A stretch of 64,000 nucleotides of DNA, taken from positions 62,001-126,000 of IMG/VR virus record IMGVR_UViG_3300011906_000002; one strand, given 5' to 3'. The notes under the pieces were generated by a model. The model was not told the origin of the DNA. It worked only from the letters and a program-made list of their open reading frames with translations, and did not search any database. Origin of the DNA: an uncultured virus (IMG/VR IMGVR_UViG_3300011906_000002). Its lineage: Duplodnaviria > Heunggongvirae > Uroviricota > Caudoviricetes. A program made the translations under genes and the position numbers. Positions 49,739 to 58,804 of the stretch are shown here, piece by piece. Numbering within the stretch: the first letter of the stretch is position 1; each line of letters opens with the position of its first letter.

Positions 49739-51418
49739 ATGTCAACTACCCCTATGGTGCCGGTGATCAACCCCGATCGGGGACATCGTCGCTGGCGTAA
49801 AACTGAAATCTACACAGGTCCGGACGGCACGGGCCGTTACTGCCCTAACTTGGACGATGAAGTCTGGGATTGGGCAACGGGTTTGTGGCGTGTGGCGAGT
49901 GTCGACTACACCACTGGTCTGTCGCGTTTGGTGCGCTATGAAGAACCGCTTGAAAGCGGGGCTATTACCGACGAAGACATTCTGTTGGGCGTAGGTCCTG
50001 GCTACCAAAGCGAATCGTACCGGGCGTTTATTGACACCTCTGTGGTTCCACACACTCTGGCGTTGGATTCGCGGTTGTCCTTTAAAGGCACCACGGTCGA
50101 TTACGTTAAAGTGTTCTTGGGTTCGGCGATTGGCGATGCTTCCAATGTGATCTCGTCGATGTATGACCAGAACGGCCAGCTCCTGGGGGAGAACATCCCG
50201 TTGGAACTGGTTCAGGTGCCTAACAACCCAGACGGACAGCCTTCGGCCTACAACATGGCGGTGAAGGTGCCGATGGCGGCGTACACGATGCGTCAGCTGC
50301 CGGACAACGAACCGTTGACGGTAGTGGCTTACGATCAGGTGGGTAACGTGCGGTCTATCGCTCGAGTGTTGGTGTGCAACACCGCCTTTGCTCGGACCAC
50401 TGATGCGTACCGCAAGTACATTCGTGCGATCCACCTGGAGTCACCGTTCTTGTCGGAAGTCGATCAGACGTTGCTTCAGTTCCCAATCAACCTACCGGTC
50501 TCGGCGTTGAATGCAATCGGTGTAGTGACCTACAGCGACAACAGTCAGACACGGATGGCTATTGACGGGTCGAAGTTCAACCTGTACGGACTGAACAACT
50601 ACATGGCGACGCAGCAGGGTCAGCGACTGGACCTGGTGTTGACCTACCGGTTGGGCGAGGATGAGTATTGCTACGGGGCTACGGCTAACCAAGGTAAGCA
50701 CATGTCGGCGGCGTACAAAGCCACTACCTTGCGTATGGACGGGGCGTATAGCGTTAAGTTGTTCTGCGCACCGGTGTGGGTGGACGGTGTTTACGGGTAT
50801 CGTCTGCGTTGGTTCTTGTTAAATCTGGACCGTGAAGAATGGTTCGAAGTTACAGGTCAAGTCTCAATGGCTGTGGGTTCGGCTGAATTCCGACCGACCG
50901 AATACGGCACTTTGCAGAACTTGACTGTGGGTATCAACATGAAAGACGTTGATCCTCAGTTCAAGAACTACCGTCATAGCCAGACCATTGGGTTGGTGCT
51001 GCGTCAACCGGATAACCTGGTCAGTGATGACCGCTGGGCCATCCGTTACACGCCGGGCCAGAACCCCATGTACGGTTCGGGTGTCAAAGCCTACTCGCGC
51101 ATGGAGAACGTCAACAACTGGAAGCTGGACCTCAGTAACGGTTTGAGCAACTACGCAGTATGGTTGGACCAAGTGTTCTACCGTGCTGAACCATTGTTCA
51201 ATCCATCTGTGGAACAACGTGCACCAGAGCCGACTCACTTCGCGCTCTACATCAACGGGGAGAACTTCGAGTACCCCTTGGAGATGTGGAACCATGAACT
51301 GGTGTCGCCACATGCGATCAAGACTGGGGAGCCTGTGATCATCCGCTTCTTCCGTCGTACCGCGGTGACCGATATCCAATTGGGTATGGGTGTGATGTAC
51401 ACCGAACAACGCAGTTAA
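49739..51418 (+). CDS. Virion structural/baseplate protein (phiKZ gp26-like)
   Basis: 559 aa; W...EIYTGPDGTGRYCPN N-terminus; synteny. Confidence 0.7.
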   Translation: MSTTPMVPVINPDRGHRRWRKTEIYTGPDGTGRYCPNLDDEVWDWATGLWRVASVDYTTGLSRLVRYEEPLESGAITDEDILLGVGPGYQSESYRAFIDTSVVPHTLALDSRLSFKGTTVDYVKVFLGSAIGDASNVISSMYDQNGQLLGENIPLELVQVPNNPDGQPSAYNMAVKVPMAAYTMRQLPDNEPLTVVAYDQVGNVRSIARVLVCNTAFARTTDAYRKYIRAIHLESPFLSEVDQTLLQFPINLPVSALNAIGVVTYSDNSQTRMAIDGSKFNLYGLNNYMATQQGQRLDLVLTYRLGEDEYCYGATANQGKHMSAAYKATTLRMDGAYSVKLFCAPVWVDGVYGYRLRWFLLNLDREEWFEVTGQVSMAVGSAEFRPTEYGTLQNLTVGINMKDVDPQFKNYRHSQTIGLVLRQPDNLVSDDRWAIRYTPGQNPMYGSGVKAYSRMENVNNWKLDLSNGLSNYAVWLDQVFYRAEPLFNPSVEQRAPEPTHFALYINGENFEYPLEMWNHELVSPHAIKTGEPVIIRFFRRTAVTDIQLGMGVMYTEQRS

Positions 51419-51420
51419 GG

Positions 51421-51464
51421 CGTCATAAACCTGTAGGGGGCAACCCCTACAGGCTTTTATGCCG
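51421..51464 (+). terminator. Hairpin + TATGCC element
   Basis: GTCATAAA-CCTGTAGGGG-GCAA-CCCCTACAGG-CTTTTATGCCG. Confidence 0.75.
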
Positions 51465-51475
51465 TAAGACCAAAT

Positions 51476-51561
51476 AAAAAAATTTCAGATCTATATTACT
51501 AACTTGAATAGAATACAAAAACTTGTATTCAACACTACCATAAGTTCTTAGGAGAACACCT
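51476..51561 (+). promoter_or_regulatory. Early promoter + 5' stem-loop + SD-hairpin leader module
   Basis: TTTCAGATCTATATTAC-N6-GAATAG, then GAATACAA-AAAC-TTGTATTC, then GTTCT-TAGG-AGAAC. Confidence 0.85.
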
Positions 51562-51975
51562 GTGGATAATGTTAATATCAATCGCTACTCACGCTTGTTG
51601 AACTTAACCTTAGGCGATACTCGTGATCTTCTTTTGAAGGTTCTCGATACAGCTTCTAAGGTACTGTACGGCCGCACTAACTTACTCATCCTAACCGATG
51701 GTGGGTTTAAGGTCTATGGGATTTCCTTTGATCACTACAAGATCATCTGGGAAGCTGATCGTGAAGAGATCATTACTGATCCTAACCAGATCACTCTGGT
51801 TAAGCGGATGCACATTGAGTTAAGTGGTTGGGAACTCAAACCCAATTCTTGGCACGAAGAACAATTGAATCAACTGCGTTCAATGTCAGCTCAAGACATG
51901 GTCCGAGCAGGACTGTGGATACAACGTAATGCTGTTGAAGAACCTATCGAAGAGGAGGTCGAAGACGACCTCTGA
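51562..51975 (+). CDS. Early hypothetical protein
   Basis: 137 aa, GTG start, AGGAG SD, acidic tail. Confidence 0.7.
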   Translation: MDNVNINRYSRLLNLTLGDTRDLLLKVLDTASKVLYGRTNLLILTDGGFKVYGISFDHYKIIWEADREEIITDPNQITLVKRMHIELSGWELKPNSWHEEQLNQLRSMSAQDMVRAGLWIQRNAVEEPIEEEVEDDL

Positions 51976-52007
51976 TCTATACCCTGTATCCCTAAGGAGG
52001 GAACACC

Positions 52008-52169
52008 ATGGCTACTCAAGAAAAGAACCAAAACTTTGCAATGCTGTCGCTGGACGAAGCGCTGATGGAATTCGATTGTGAAGTCGATCGTCTGGAGCGG
52101 GATCGTCAGGCTCTTGAAGATTTTTGTAAATCAGGCAAATCTGTTCTGGGTTACAAATTCGTTAACTGA
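52008..52169 (+). CDS. Small early hypothetical protein (53 aa)
   Basis: Below the ORF-track cutoff. MATQEKNQNFAML...GYKFVN, with TAAGGAGG SD. Confidence 0.7.
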   Translation: MATQEKNQNFAMLSLDEALMEFDCEVDRLERDRQALEDFCKSGKSVLGYKFVN

Positions 52170-52174
52170 AGGAT

Positions 52175-52468
52175 GTGAACATGGACATAGTAAATGTTAC
52201 ATTTCGAAGCCTGACTGTCACTATGCAGAGTCGGGTTTGTGATTTGAAAGAGCATCCTCAAGTCGTTAACTTATTGACCCAACTTGAAAAGGCAACTGAC
52301 GATCTACAACGCTTAGGCTTGGCTGAAGAGATCGTCTCGTTGGTACAGGAAGCAACCAACTACAAGGTTGAAGAAGTGCTTTTGGAGTCAGCTACCGAAT
52401 ATTCAGAAATTCTGTTCAGAGAGTTTCGCGACAACGGTATCTCCACTTATGTGGTAGAGCAACTATGA
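52175..52468 (+). CDS. Early hypothetical protein
   Basis: ~95-97 aa; AAGGA SD (ATG 52181 likely). Confidence 0.6.
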   Translation: MNMDIVNVTFRSLTVTMQSRVCDLKEHPQVVNLLTQLEKATDDLQRLGLAEEIVSLVQEATNYKVEEVLLESATEYSEILFREFRDNGISTYVVEQL

Positions 52469-52809
52469 ACTTGAAATCCAGTTTCAGACAATTGATCACC
52501 AGTCGTAAGACAGATAACCAAGAACTGGTACTGTCGTGGGGTGAGATTGTTTTGATCTTCAGACCCCACTTTACGGCTAAGTTGTTATCTAAACAATTTT
52601 CCGTGGTCGATACACAGCTCATACTGAGTGAGGCGCTCTTGAAGTATAATCCCTTGTTGGATGAACTACTACAAGAGATTATTGCTGATATTCCCAATCC
52701 GGGAAAAGTAATCCCCTTGAAATATCAAGGTCGAAATTGTCTGGCAGCCCTACATCGCATGGAGACAAATGAGGGCGTTTGTCTTCGAATGCGACTGCAG
52801 GCACAATGA
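52465..52809 (+). CDS. Early hypothetical protein
   Basis: 114 aa; ATGA overlap with the previous gene. Confidence 0.6.
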   Translation: MNLKSSFRQLITSRKTDNQELVLSWGEIVLIFRPHFTAKLLSKQFSVVDTQLILSEALLKYNPLLDELLQEIIADIPNPGKVIPLKYQGRNCLAALHRMETNEGVCLRMRLQAQ

Positions 52810-52814
52810 ATTAG

Positions 52815-52846
52815 AAAAGAGGCCTTCGGGTCTCTTTTTTTTTGCC
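52815..52846 (+). terminator. Canonical intrinsic terminator
   Basis: AGAGGCC-TTCG-GGTCTCT followed by a long T-tract and GCC. Confidence 0.8.
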
Positions 52847-52910
52847 TTGTTGGAGAGGGGTTTCCTTATGCTATAGACTCTACTACCCCTTGATGTCAAA
52901 AGGTGACCCT

Positions 52911-55127
52911 ATGATTTTGTTTGGAAACGATTGGCATCGTTACCCGATGGCCAGGGTGGACTACAGCACCACCAACGAATCTTTCTTGCGTTACAGCTCC
53001 CTACTAAAAGAGATGGGGGTGAAAAACTGTTTGTGGCCGCTGGCGATCATGCAGCCCGAATTGATTGGTGTCGACCCGCATTCTGCTGTGTTGTCTGACG
53101 CCTACAAAATGAAAATCGGTTTGGAATGCCGATACAACATCTGGTACTACTTGCGTGAAGTGGTACGCATTCCACCCGTGGCAGGTCCTAACCCGGTACC
53201 GTATAAAGCGAACCGTGGAAACATGGCGACCACGTGGACGTTCATGAACAACATGGACATTGCGTTGATCCAGCCTCGTCAGACAGGTAAATCTGTATCC
53301 ACCGACTGTTTGATGATCTGGCTGTTGTTCTTAGGAACCAGTAACTCTCGTATCAACATGATTACAAAGGACGATGCCCTGCGTAAGGCAAACGTTGAGC
53401 GTTTGAAGAAGATCCGGGATCTGTTGCCAGGCTATCTCGTAGCACGGGGTCGTACTGACTCTGATAACCAGTTTGAAGTGACCTGTAAGAAGTGGGAGAA
53501 CACCTACTCCACAGGCGTTGCTCAGAACTCTGAGTCTTCGGCAAACAACTTGGGTCGTGGACAGACCTCACCGATCAGCCACATCGACGAAGGTCCGTTC
53601 ATTAACTTCATTGGCATCACCTTGCCTGCGGCCCTGGCTGCCGGTAACGCCGCTCGTGAAGAAGCCCGTCAACACAACCGACCCCACGGCAACATCTTCA
53701 CTACAACCGCCGGTAAGAAAGACGACCGTGACGGCAAGTACATGTACGACATGATCCACGGTGGGGCGAAGTGGTCTGAGCTGTTCTTGGATTGTGCTGA
53801 TCGTGAAGCTTTCCAAGAGATGGTTAAGAAGAACAACCCTGGTCGTAAGATCCTGATCAACGCAACCTTCTCTCACCGTCAGTTGGGTTACACCGATGAG
53901 TGGTTGTACAAAACCATGGCCGAGGCGAACTCCTACGGCGATGGAGCGAACCGCGACTTCTTCAACGTGTGGACTTCAGGTACTCAGAGTTCACCGTTGA
54001 CTCCGCAGCTCAACGAAATGATCAAGAACTCGGTCAGAGACATTCTCTACAACTACGTCTCCAAAGAGTTGTATGTGGTGCGTTGGTATGTCGATGAAGT
54101 TTCTTTACAGCGGATGTGTCAAACCGAACAGTTCATTCTGGGTCTGGATACTTCCGAAGCAGTAGGTCGAGATGGTATTGCGGGTACGATCATCAACACC
54201 AAAGACTTGTCTGTGGTGGGGGCGTTCAACGTCAACGAAACCAACTTGATTCGCTTCTCTAACTTCTTGGCAGAGTTCTTGGTTCGCTTTAAGAACGTTA
54301 CCTTGATTCCTGAGAAGAAGTCAACTGGCCAGATGATTGTCGATGCGTTGATCTTGAAGCTACCGGCGCTGGGTGAAGATCCGTTCCGCCGTATCTTTAA
54401 CCGGATTGTGGAGAACTCTAATGAGAAAGCAGAGCTTTACAAGACCATCTGTAAACCCATGGGTACGCGATCGGAACAATTCTACGACGAGACTAAAGGC
54501 TACTTTGGCTTTAACACGAATGCCGAAACTCGCGCGTTGCTCTATGGACCGGTGCTTCAAAACGCGGCAAAAGATAGCGGGCACTTGGTACACGACAAAC
54601 AGCTCTCTGAGGAGATTCGTGGCTTGGTGGTGAAGAAGGGTCGGATTGACCACGCAGCCTCCGGACACGACGACACTGTGATTGCATGGTTGTTGGCTCA
54701 ATGGCTCGTGACCATGGGACGGAACTTGGATCACTACGGGATTGACACCAGTAAGTTGATGTCGGCAGTAACGTCGAACAACAAGCAGTTGTCGCCTGAG
54801 GAGCTGTATCAACGCAGTCAGTTTAACCGCATGAAGAAAGAGATGGAGGAGATCTACGAAGAGTTGATCAATGCCAAGGAAACCTTTGTAGTGGCGAGAC
54901 TGGAAGCAAAGCTTGAACACCTGACCCGTAAACTTGCGGCGTTGGACCATGTAGATGAAGTTGCAGTGACCAGCTTGTCAAGCCTGATTCAGAAGGCTTC
55001 TGAGGAGCGAAGCATGCGCAACATCAAAGCTGCACGGGCTCACAACGTGGCGACTATGGGTAAGAACCTCAACCCCTGGGGCAAGATCATGGGGCGTGGC
55101 GGTATCACTGGGCGCCGAGCGGCATAA
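52911..55127 (+). CDS. terL: Terminase large subunit (phiKZ gp25-like)
   Basis: ATG 52911 (AGGTG SD). Walker A PRQTGKS, Walker B ISHIDE, TTTAG coupling motif, nuclease LGLDTSE and GHDDTVIAW. Confidence 0.92.
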   Translation: MILFGNDWHRYPMARVDYSTTNESFLRYSSLLKEMGVKNCLWPLAIMQPELIGVDPHSAVLSDAYKMKIGLECRYNIWYYLREVVRIPPVAGPNPVPYKANRGNMATTWTFMNNMDIALIQPRQTGKSVSTDCLMIWLLFLGTSNSRINMITKDDALRKANVERLKKIRDLLPGYLVARGRTDSDNQFEVTCKKWENTYSTGVAQNSESSANNLGRGQTSPISHIDEGPFINFIGITLPAALAAGNAAREEARQHNRPHGNIFTTTAGKKDDRDGKYMYDMIHGGAKWSELFLDCADREAFQEMVKKNNPGRKILINATFSHRQLGYTDEWLYKTMAEANSYGDGANRDFFNVWTSGTQSSPLTPQLNEMIKNSVRDILYNYVSKELYVVRWYVDEVSLQRMCQTEQFILGLDTSEAVGRDGIAGTIINTKDLSVVGAFNVNETNLIRFSNFLAEFLVRFKNVTLIPEKKSTGQMIVDALILKLPALGEDPFRRIFNRIVENSNEKAELYKTICKPMGTRSEQFYDETKGYFGFNTNAETRALLYGPVLQNAAKDSGHLVHDKQLSEEIRGLVVKKGRIDHAASGHDDTVIAWLLAQWLVTMGRNLDHYGIDTSKLMSAVTSNNKQLSPEELYQRSQFNRMKKEMEEIYEELINAKETFVVARLEAKLEHLTRKLAALDHVDEVAVTSLSSLIQKASEERSMRNIKAARAHNVATMGKNLNPWGKIMGRGGITGRRAA

Positions 55128-55159
55128 ATGGACGGGAGGGCAACCTCCCGTTTATGCCG
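55120..55159 (+). terminator. Hairpin/TATGCC element; left flank of the adhesin-like cassette
   Basis: CGGCATAAA...ACGGGAGG-GCAA-CCTCCCGT-TTATGCCG. Confidence 0.75.
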
Positions 55160-55221
55160 AGTAATCCTCAGAAATTTTATGAAGGTGACTCTTTTCCTAA
55201 TCAATCTCAATGGGGTGTGTC

Positions 55222-55740
55222 ATGAGACTACGTAATGCGGGGAATTGGCGGAAGTCGTTACCCCATATCAAAAGTGCTGGGGTGTGGCGTAAAGGCGAGC
55301 ACCTGTTCAATAAGGTCAACGGTCAGTGGAAGGACATCAGTGAGCCGTTTAAACCGGCCAGTATCATTGACCTGTATATCGTACCTACGCATCAGACGCC
55401 GTCTTATGGTGAACGCTATGGGTACGCACAGTCTTACGTCCCTACAGGCGATATCAGTACCAAATTTCTAAACCTGTACGATCCCACTATTGAGTTTGCC
55501 AGTTGTGAATGGGGTGGTGATCCTGCGTTAGGTGCTGAGGTAGGTCCGTGGAAATGGTTTACCTTCCATATAGCGGGGGATCGAAGTGGCATCCCATGGC
55601 CACAGATTGGATTGTTTAATGACATCCCTTTACACTTCCACTCGAATGTGTGGCAACCCCAATATGGGGCAACGCGGGTATGGTACCGAACGTATCGGGA
55701 TCTACCTCAGAACCAGAACCAACACCGCATTTTGATTTAA
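55222..55740 (+). CDS. Putative tail-fibre-associated adhesin (KxxGxW-repeat N-terminus)
   Basis: MRLRNAGNWRK...IKSAGVWRK...NKVNGQWK N-terminal module, then an aromatic-rich C-domain. Confidence 0.5.
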   Translation: MRLRNAGNWRKSLPHIKSAGVWRKGEHLFNKVNGQWKDISEPFKPASIIDLYIVPTHQTPSYGERYGYAQSYVPTGDISTKFLNLYDPTIEFASCEWGGDPALGAEVGPWKWFTFHIAGDRSGIPWPQIGLFNDIPLHFHSNVWQPQYGATRVWYRTYRDLPQNQNQHRILI

Positions 55741-55749
55741 GGGGGCGAC

Positions 55750-56367
55750 ATGTTAATTAAAGTGGGGAGCTGGAAACAAGGTTTGTTGCGCTTTAAGCAG
55801 GCTGGACAGTGGCTTAAACCTGATAAGATGATGACCAAACATAACGGTATCTGGGCGATGGTTGAAGGACTTGAACTGGTGGTCCTTAATCAGCTTTCGG
55901 ATATTTTGCCAAACACTGCAAATTGGGCGTACGATGCGACTCGGGGTTGGTATCGCGATGTTTACGAGTGGACTAATTACCAACAGAGTAAGTTCACTCC
56001 TGAGTTCCTATCAAAAATCCGCAAAGTATCGGTAGCGGTCACTGGGTATTACAACGTTCCGTCAGACTGTATGGGCGTTAACATCTTAAACATCAAACTC
56101 AGTAACGGCACCACCATGAACATCGGTACTTCGGATGGATGGGACTTGCCTTCCAGTGGTCACAGTGTCTACAAAGGCGATGCCGGTGTTGAGAACAATG
56201 TGACACGCAATATCGTGGGTGAACGATTCACTTGTACGATCCCTGAGGGGGTGACTGTCACGGGAATCTCTATAAACTCAGGCGGTTATTACTATTCAAC
56301 TACCGGTCGTTACTACGCGTTCTCCTTACGTGGCCTCAAAGACTTCGAATTTACACTGGGGTATTGA
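55750..56367 (+). CDS. Putative adhesin (KxxGxW-repeat N-terminus); paralogue of 56371..56979
   Basis: MLIKVGSWK...FKQAGQW...TKHNGIW. Shares EFLSKIRKVS, YKGDAGVE and DFEFTL with the next gene. Confidence 0.55.
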   Translation: MLIKVGSWKQGLLRFKQAGQWLKPDKMMTKHNGIWAMVEGLELVVLNQLSDILPNTANWAYDATRGWYRDVYEWTNYQQSKFTPEFLSKIRKVSVAVTGYYNVPSDCMGVNILNIKLSNGTTMNIGTSDGWDLPSSGHSVYKGDAGVENNVTRNIVGERFTCTIPEGVTVTGISINSGGYYYSTTGRYYAFSLRGLKDFEFTLGY

Positions 56368-56370
56368 GTT

Positions 56371-56979
56371 ATGTTAATCAAACAAGGGACGTGGCGCAAC
56401 GGCGCCTTGAAATACAAACACCCGAGTAAAGGGTGGTCTGAACCTAATCTGTCGTTTGTTAAGCAGAATGGGTTATGGGTACCGGTACAGGGTAGACAAG
56501 TAATCGTCAAAGACCTTGGGGAAATATTGGTGAGTATGGGTGGGTGGGAATATCACAGTACCCGAGGTTGGTATCGAAACAGTTACAATTTAGAAGCCCA
56601 TCCAAGTAAACTGTCACTAGAATTCTTATCTAAGATTCGTAAGGTCAGTGCAGTATTCACCAACTACTACGATAACCCATCAGGAGGAATGGGGGCTAAC
56701 TCAATGCTCTTTAATTTGAGTAACGGTGAGTCACCATACTTCGGAGTTCGAGATGCCTGGGTTGATCCATCGGGAGGACAGAACATCTATAAAGGTGATG
56801 CAGGGGTTGAATCGAGGGTGATGCGGAACGTTATTGGTGAGCGCTATACCTACACCGTACCTGTCGGTACTGTCATCACAAGCATTTACTTAGATTCACG
56901 AGGTTACGCTGATCCCGGCATCAATTATTTGTTTGCCTATCGAGGGATGCGTGACTTTGAGTTCACGTTACAACACTGA
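56371..56979 (+). CDS. Putative adhesin (KxxGxW-repeat N-terminus)
   Basis: MLIKQGTWR...KGW...VKQNGLW; tandem paralogue of the previous gene. Confidence 0.55.
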   Translation: MLIKQGTWRNGALKYKHPSKGWSEPNLSFVKQNGLWVPVQGRQVIVKDLGEILVSMGGWEYHSTRGWYRNSYNLEAHPSKLSLEFLSKIRKVSAVFTNYYDNPSGGMGANSMLFNLSNGESPYFGVRDAWVDPSGGQNIYKGDAGVESRVMRNVIGERYTYTVPVGTVITSIYLDSRGYADPGINYLFAYRGMRDFEFTLQH

Positions 56980-56990
56980 CGGAGGACACC

Positions 56991-57719
56991 ATGCACATTA
57001 AGGTAGGAGCTATCTGGCGTAACAGCAAGTTGCGTTATAAAAGACCCAATGGGGGTTGGCTACAACCTTTGCGACAATACATCAAAGTAGGTGGTGTGTG
57101 GTCACGTTTTTATAACGACCCCAATGCGGTAGTAGAGACCTTTGAGACTGGTAATCTGTTTACCGAAGGGACCCTATCGGTTATTCGGCAGGCTACTTCA
57201 GCATACAAGGGTGGTTATGGGTTATACGCGGCAGGTACCCACGACACCCTGCGCGCCAAGCTTTCGTCGGCGGTGCTCCAAGATCTCACAGGTACTTACC
57301 GCTATGAAACCATGGTACGACCTGTCTTGACAGATTGGGGTCAGTCGTTGGTTGGGTTGGCGTTCTGTGGGGCCACTGCAGATACACAAGACGTCTACAG
57401 TGCTTTCATCGACACTAGAAATACTGCGAACAATCCAGCAGTACCAACAACTACGATGGGTCTCCAATTGCGTTATGGTACTGGTTGGAACGAGCTACTG
57501 AACGCCACTCTCCAAGAGGTTAATTTTGGTCAGTGGTATCGGTTAGTCGTGACACATAACCAGACAACGGGATTAATTGAAGTAGCCCTTGAAGACGAGG
57601 CCGGGGCTGTACTGAATAAGATAACAAAAGTGGATCAACGACTCAAAGGTGGTCGCTTCGGTGTATTCACTGTTGGGGCTGGTGATTTTGACTTGGTGTC
57701 TCGTGAGAAAGTAAGCTGA
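56991..57719 (+). CDS. Putative adhesin with concanavalin-A-like beta-sandwich C-domain
   Basis: MHIKVGAIWR...GGW...YIKVGGVWS. The C-domain pattern GQWYRLVV...GGRFGV...FD is typical of ConA-like folds. Confidence 0.55.
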   Translation: MHIKVGAIWRNSKLRYKRPNGGWLQPLRQYIKVGGVWSRFYNDPNAVVETFETGNLFTEGTLSVIRQATSAYKGGYGLYAAGTHDTLRAKLSSAVLQDLTGTYRYETMVRPVLTDWGQSLVGLAFCGATADTQDVYSAFIDTRNTANNPAVPTTTMGLQLRYGTGWNELLNATLQEVNFGQWYRLVVTHNQTTGLIEVALEDEAGAVLNKITKVDQRLKGGRFGVFTVGAGDFDLVSREKVS

Positions 57720-57724
57720 TCTAA

Positions 57725-57752
57725 GCGGGAGGTAACACTCCCGTTTATGCCG
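57725..57752 (+). terminator. Hairpin/TATGCC element; right flank of the adhesin-like cassette
   Basis: GCGGGAG-GTAACA-CTCCCGT-TTATGCCG. Confidence 0.75.
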
Positions 57753-57826
57753 CCTTATTAAAAAATATTAAAAACCTAAACTATATAAAGGAATCTTCAA
57801 CTGACCTTAACCTTAAGGACTACACC

Positions 57827-58540
57827 ATGACCATTAAAGCCGATCGTTGGATCGCTACCCGTTCGACCCCGCCGAGTCACATCCTCCACACGGTCCACGG
57901 ACGAGAAACACAATTCGCTTGGGAGGGGATCACCCACACCAAGGAACAGCTGCGCACCATGCAGGAGCGTTACGTAGCTACCCGCATCAGTCCTGAAGAC
58001 CTTCAGAAAGAAGGCTGGGCACCGATGATCGAACCGTTTGAGCGCCAGCAGGTTCGTGAACAAAACGGGGAGCGTGTGATCTCTTACGGGAACTCCAGTT
58101 ACGGCTACGACGTGCGTTGTGCTGATGAGTTCAAGATCTTCACCAACATTAACTCAGCGATCATCGATCCTAAGAGCTTCGATGCCAAAAGCTTTGTTGA
58201 TGTTAAGAGCGATGTCTGCATCATCCCACCGAACTCCTTTGCCTTGGCTCGTACGGTTGAGTACTTCCGTATTCCACGCAACGTTCTGACTGTCTGCTTG
58301 GGTAAGAGTACTTACGCTCGATGTGGGATCATTGTGAACGTAACCCCTTTGGAGCCGGAGTGGGAAGGACACGTGACTCTCGAGTTCTCCAACACGACGA
58401 ACCTGCCGGCTAAGATCTACGCTAACGAAGGTGTGGCGCAGATGCTGTTCTTCCAGTCTGACGAGGAGTGCGAAACCTCGTATGCAGATCGGGGCGGTAA
58501 GTACCAGGGTCAAACAGGCGTCGTCGTACCACGTATGTGA
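57827..58540 (+). CDS. dcd: dCTP deaminase
   Basis: [45 protein letters not shown] and GKYQGQ motifs. Confidence 0.95.
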   Translation: MTIKADRWIATRSTPPSHILHTVHGRETQFAWEGITHTKEQLRTMQERYVATRISPEDLQKEGWAPMIEPFERQQVREQNGERVISYGNSSYGYDVRCADEFKIFTNINSAIIDPKSFDAKSFVDVKSDVCIIPPNSFALARTVEYFRIPRNVLTVCLGKSTYARCGIIVNVTPLEPEWEGHVTLEFSNTTNLPAKIYANEGVAQMLFFQSDEECETSYADRGGKYQGQTGVVVPRM

Positions 58541-58549
58541 GGAGTAGGT

Positions 58550-58804
58550 ATGCTTGAGTTGTTCCTCTTCAGTTCAGTGACTGCGTTTGCTATTGTCCTT
58601 GCAATTACCTGGGACAAATATCGCGGTTATCACAAACTGATCATTGGACGAGGCTTCAGACATTACCTGTGGGAGAGGCGCCGTAAGGCGTTTCTCCAAT
58701 ACGTCTCGATCAAGGCGATCTTGGTATTGGTAATGATTGGTCTGTATCTCCTGATGGCAGGAATGCCTGTTATAACACCTTTACCGGTTTTGGAGGAGTG
58801 GTGA
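58550..58804 (+). CDS. Small two-TM membrane protein
   Basis: 84 aa, two hydrophobic segments, GAGGAG SD. Confidence 0.6.
   Translation: MLELFLFSSVTAFAIVLAITWDKYRGYHKLIIGRGFRHYLWERRRKAFLQYVSIKAILVLVMIGLYLLMAGMPVITPLPVLEEW

Noticed and set aside
52842..52910. ORF-track N-terminal extension of terminase
   Set aside because: It begins inside the upstream terminator T-tract. ATG 52911 has an SD and a family-like MILF start.
57756..57795. AT-rich tract with CTATATAAAG upstream of dcd as an early promoter
   Set aside because: It has two mismatches to CTATATTAC and lacks the N6-GAA spacing. It is probably a promoter, but its class cannot be assigned.
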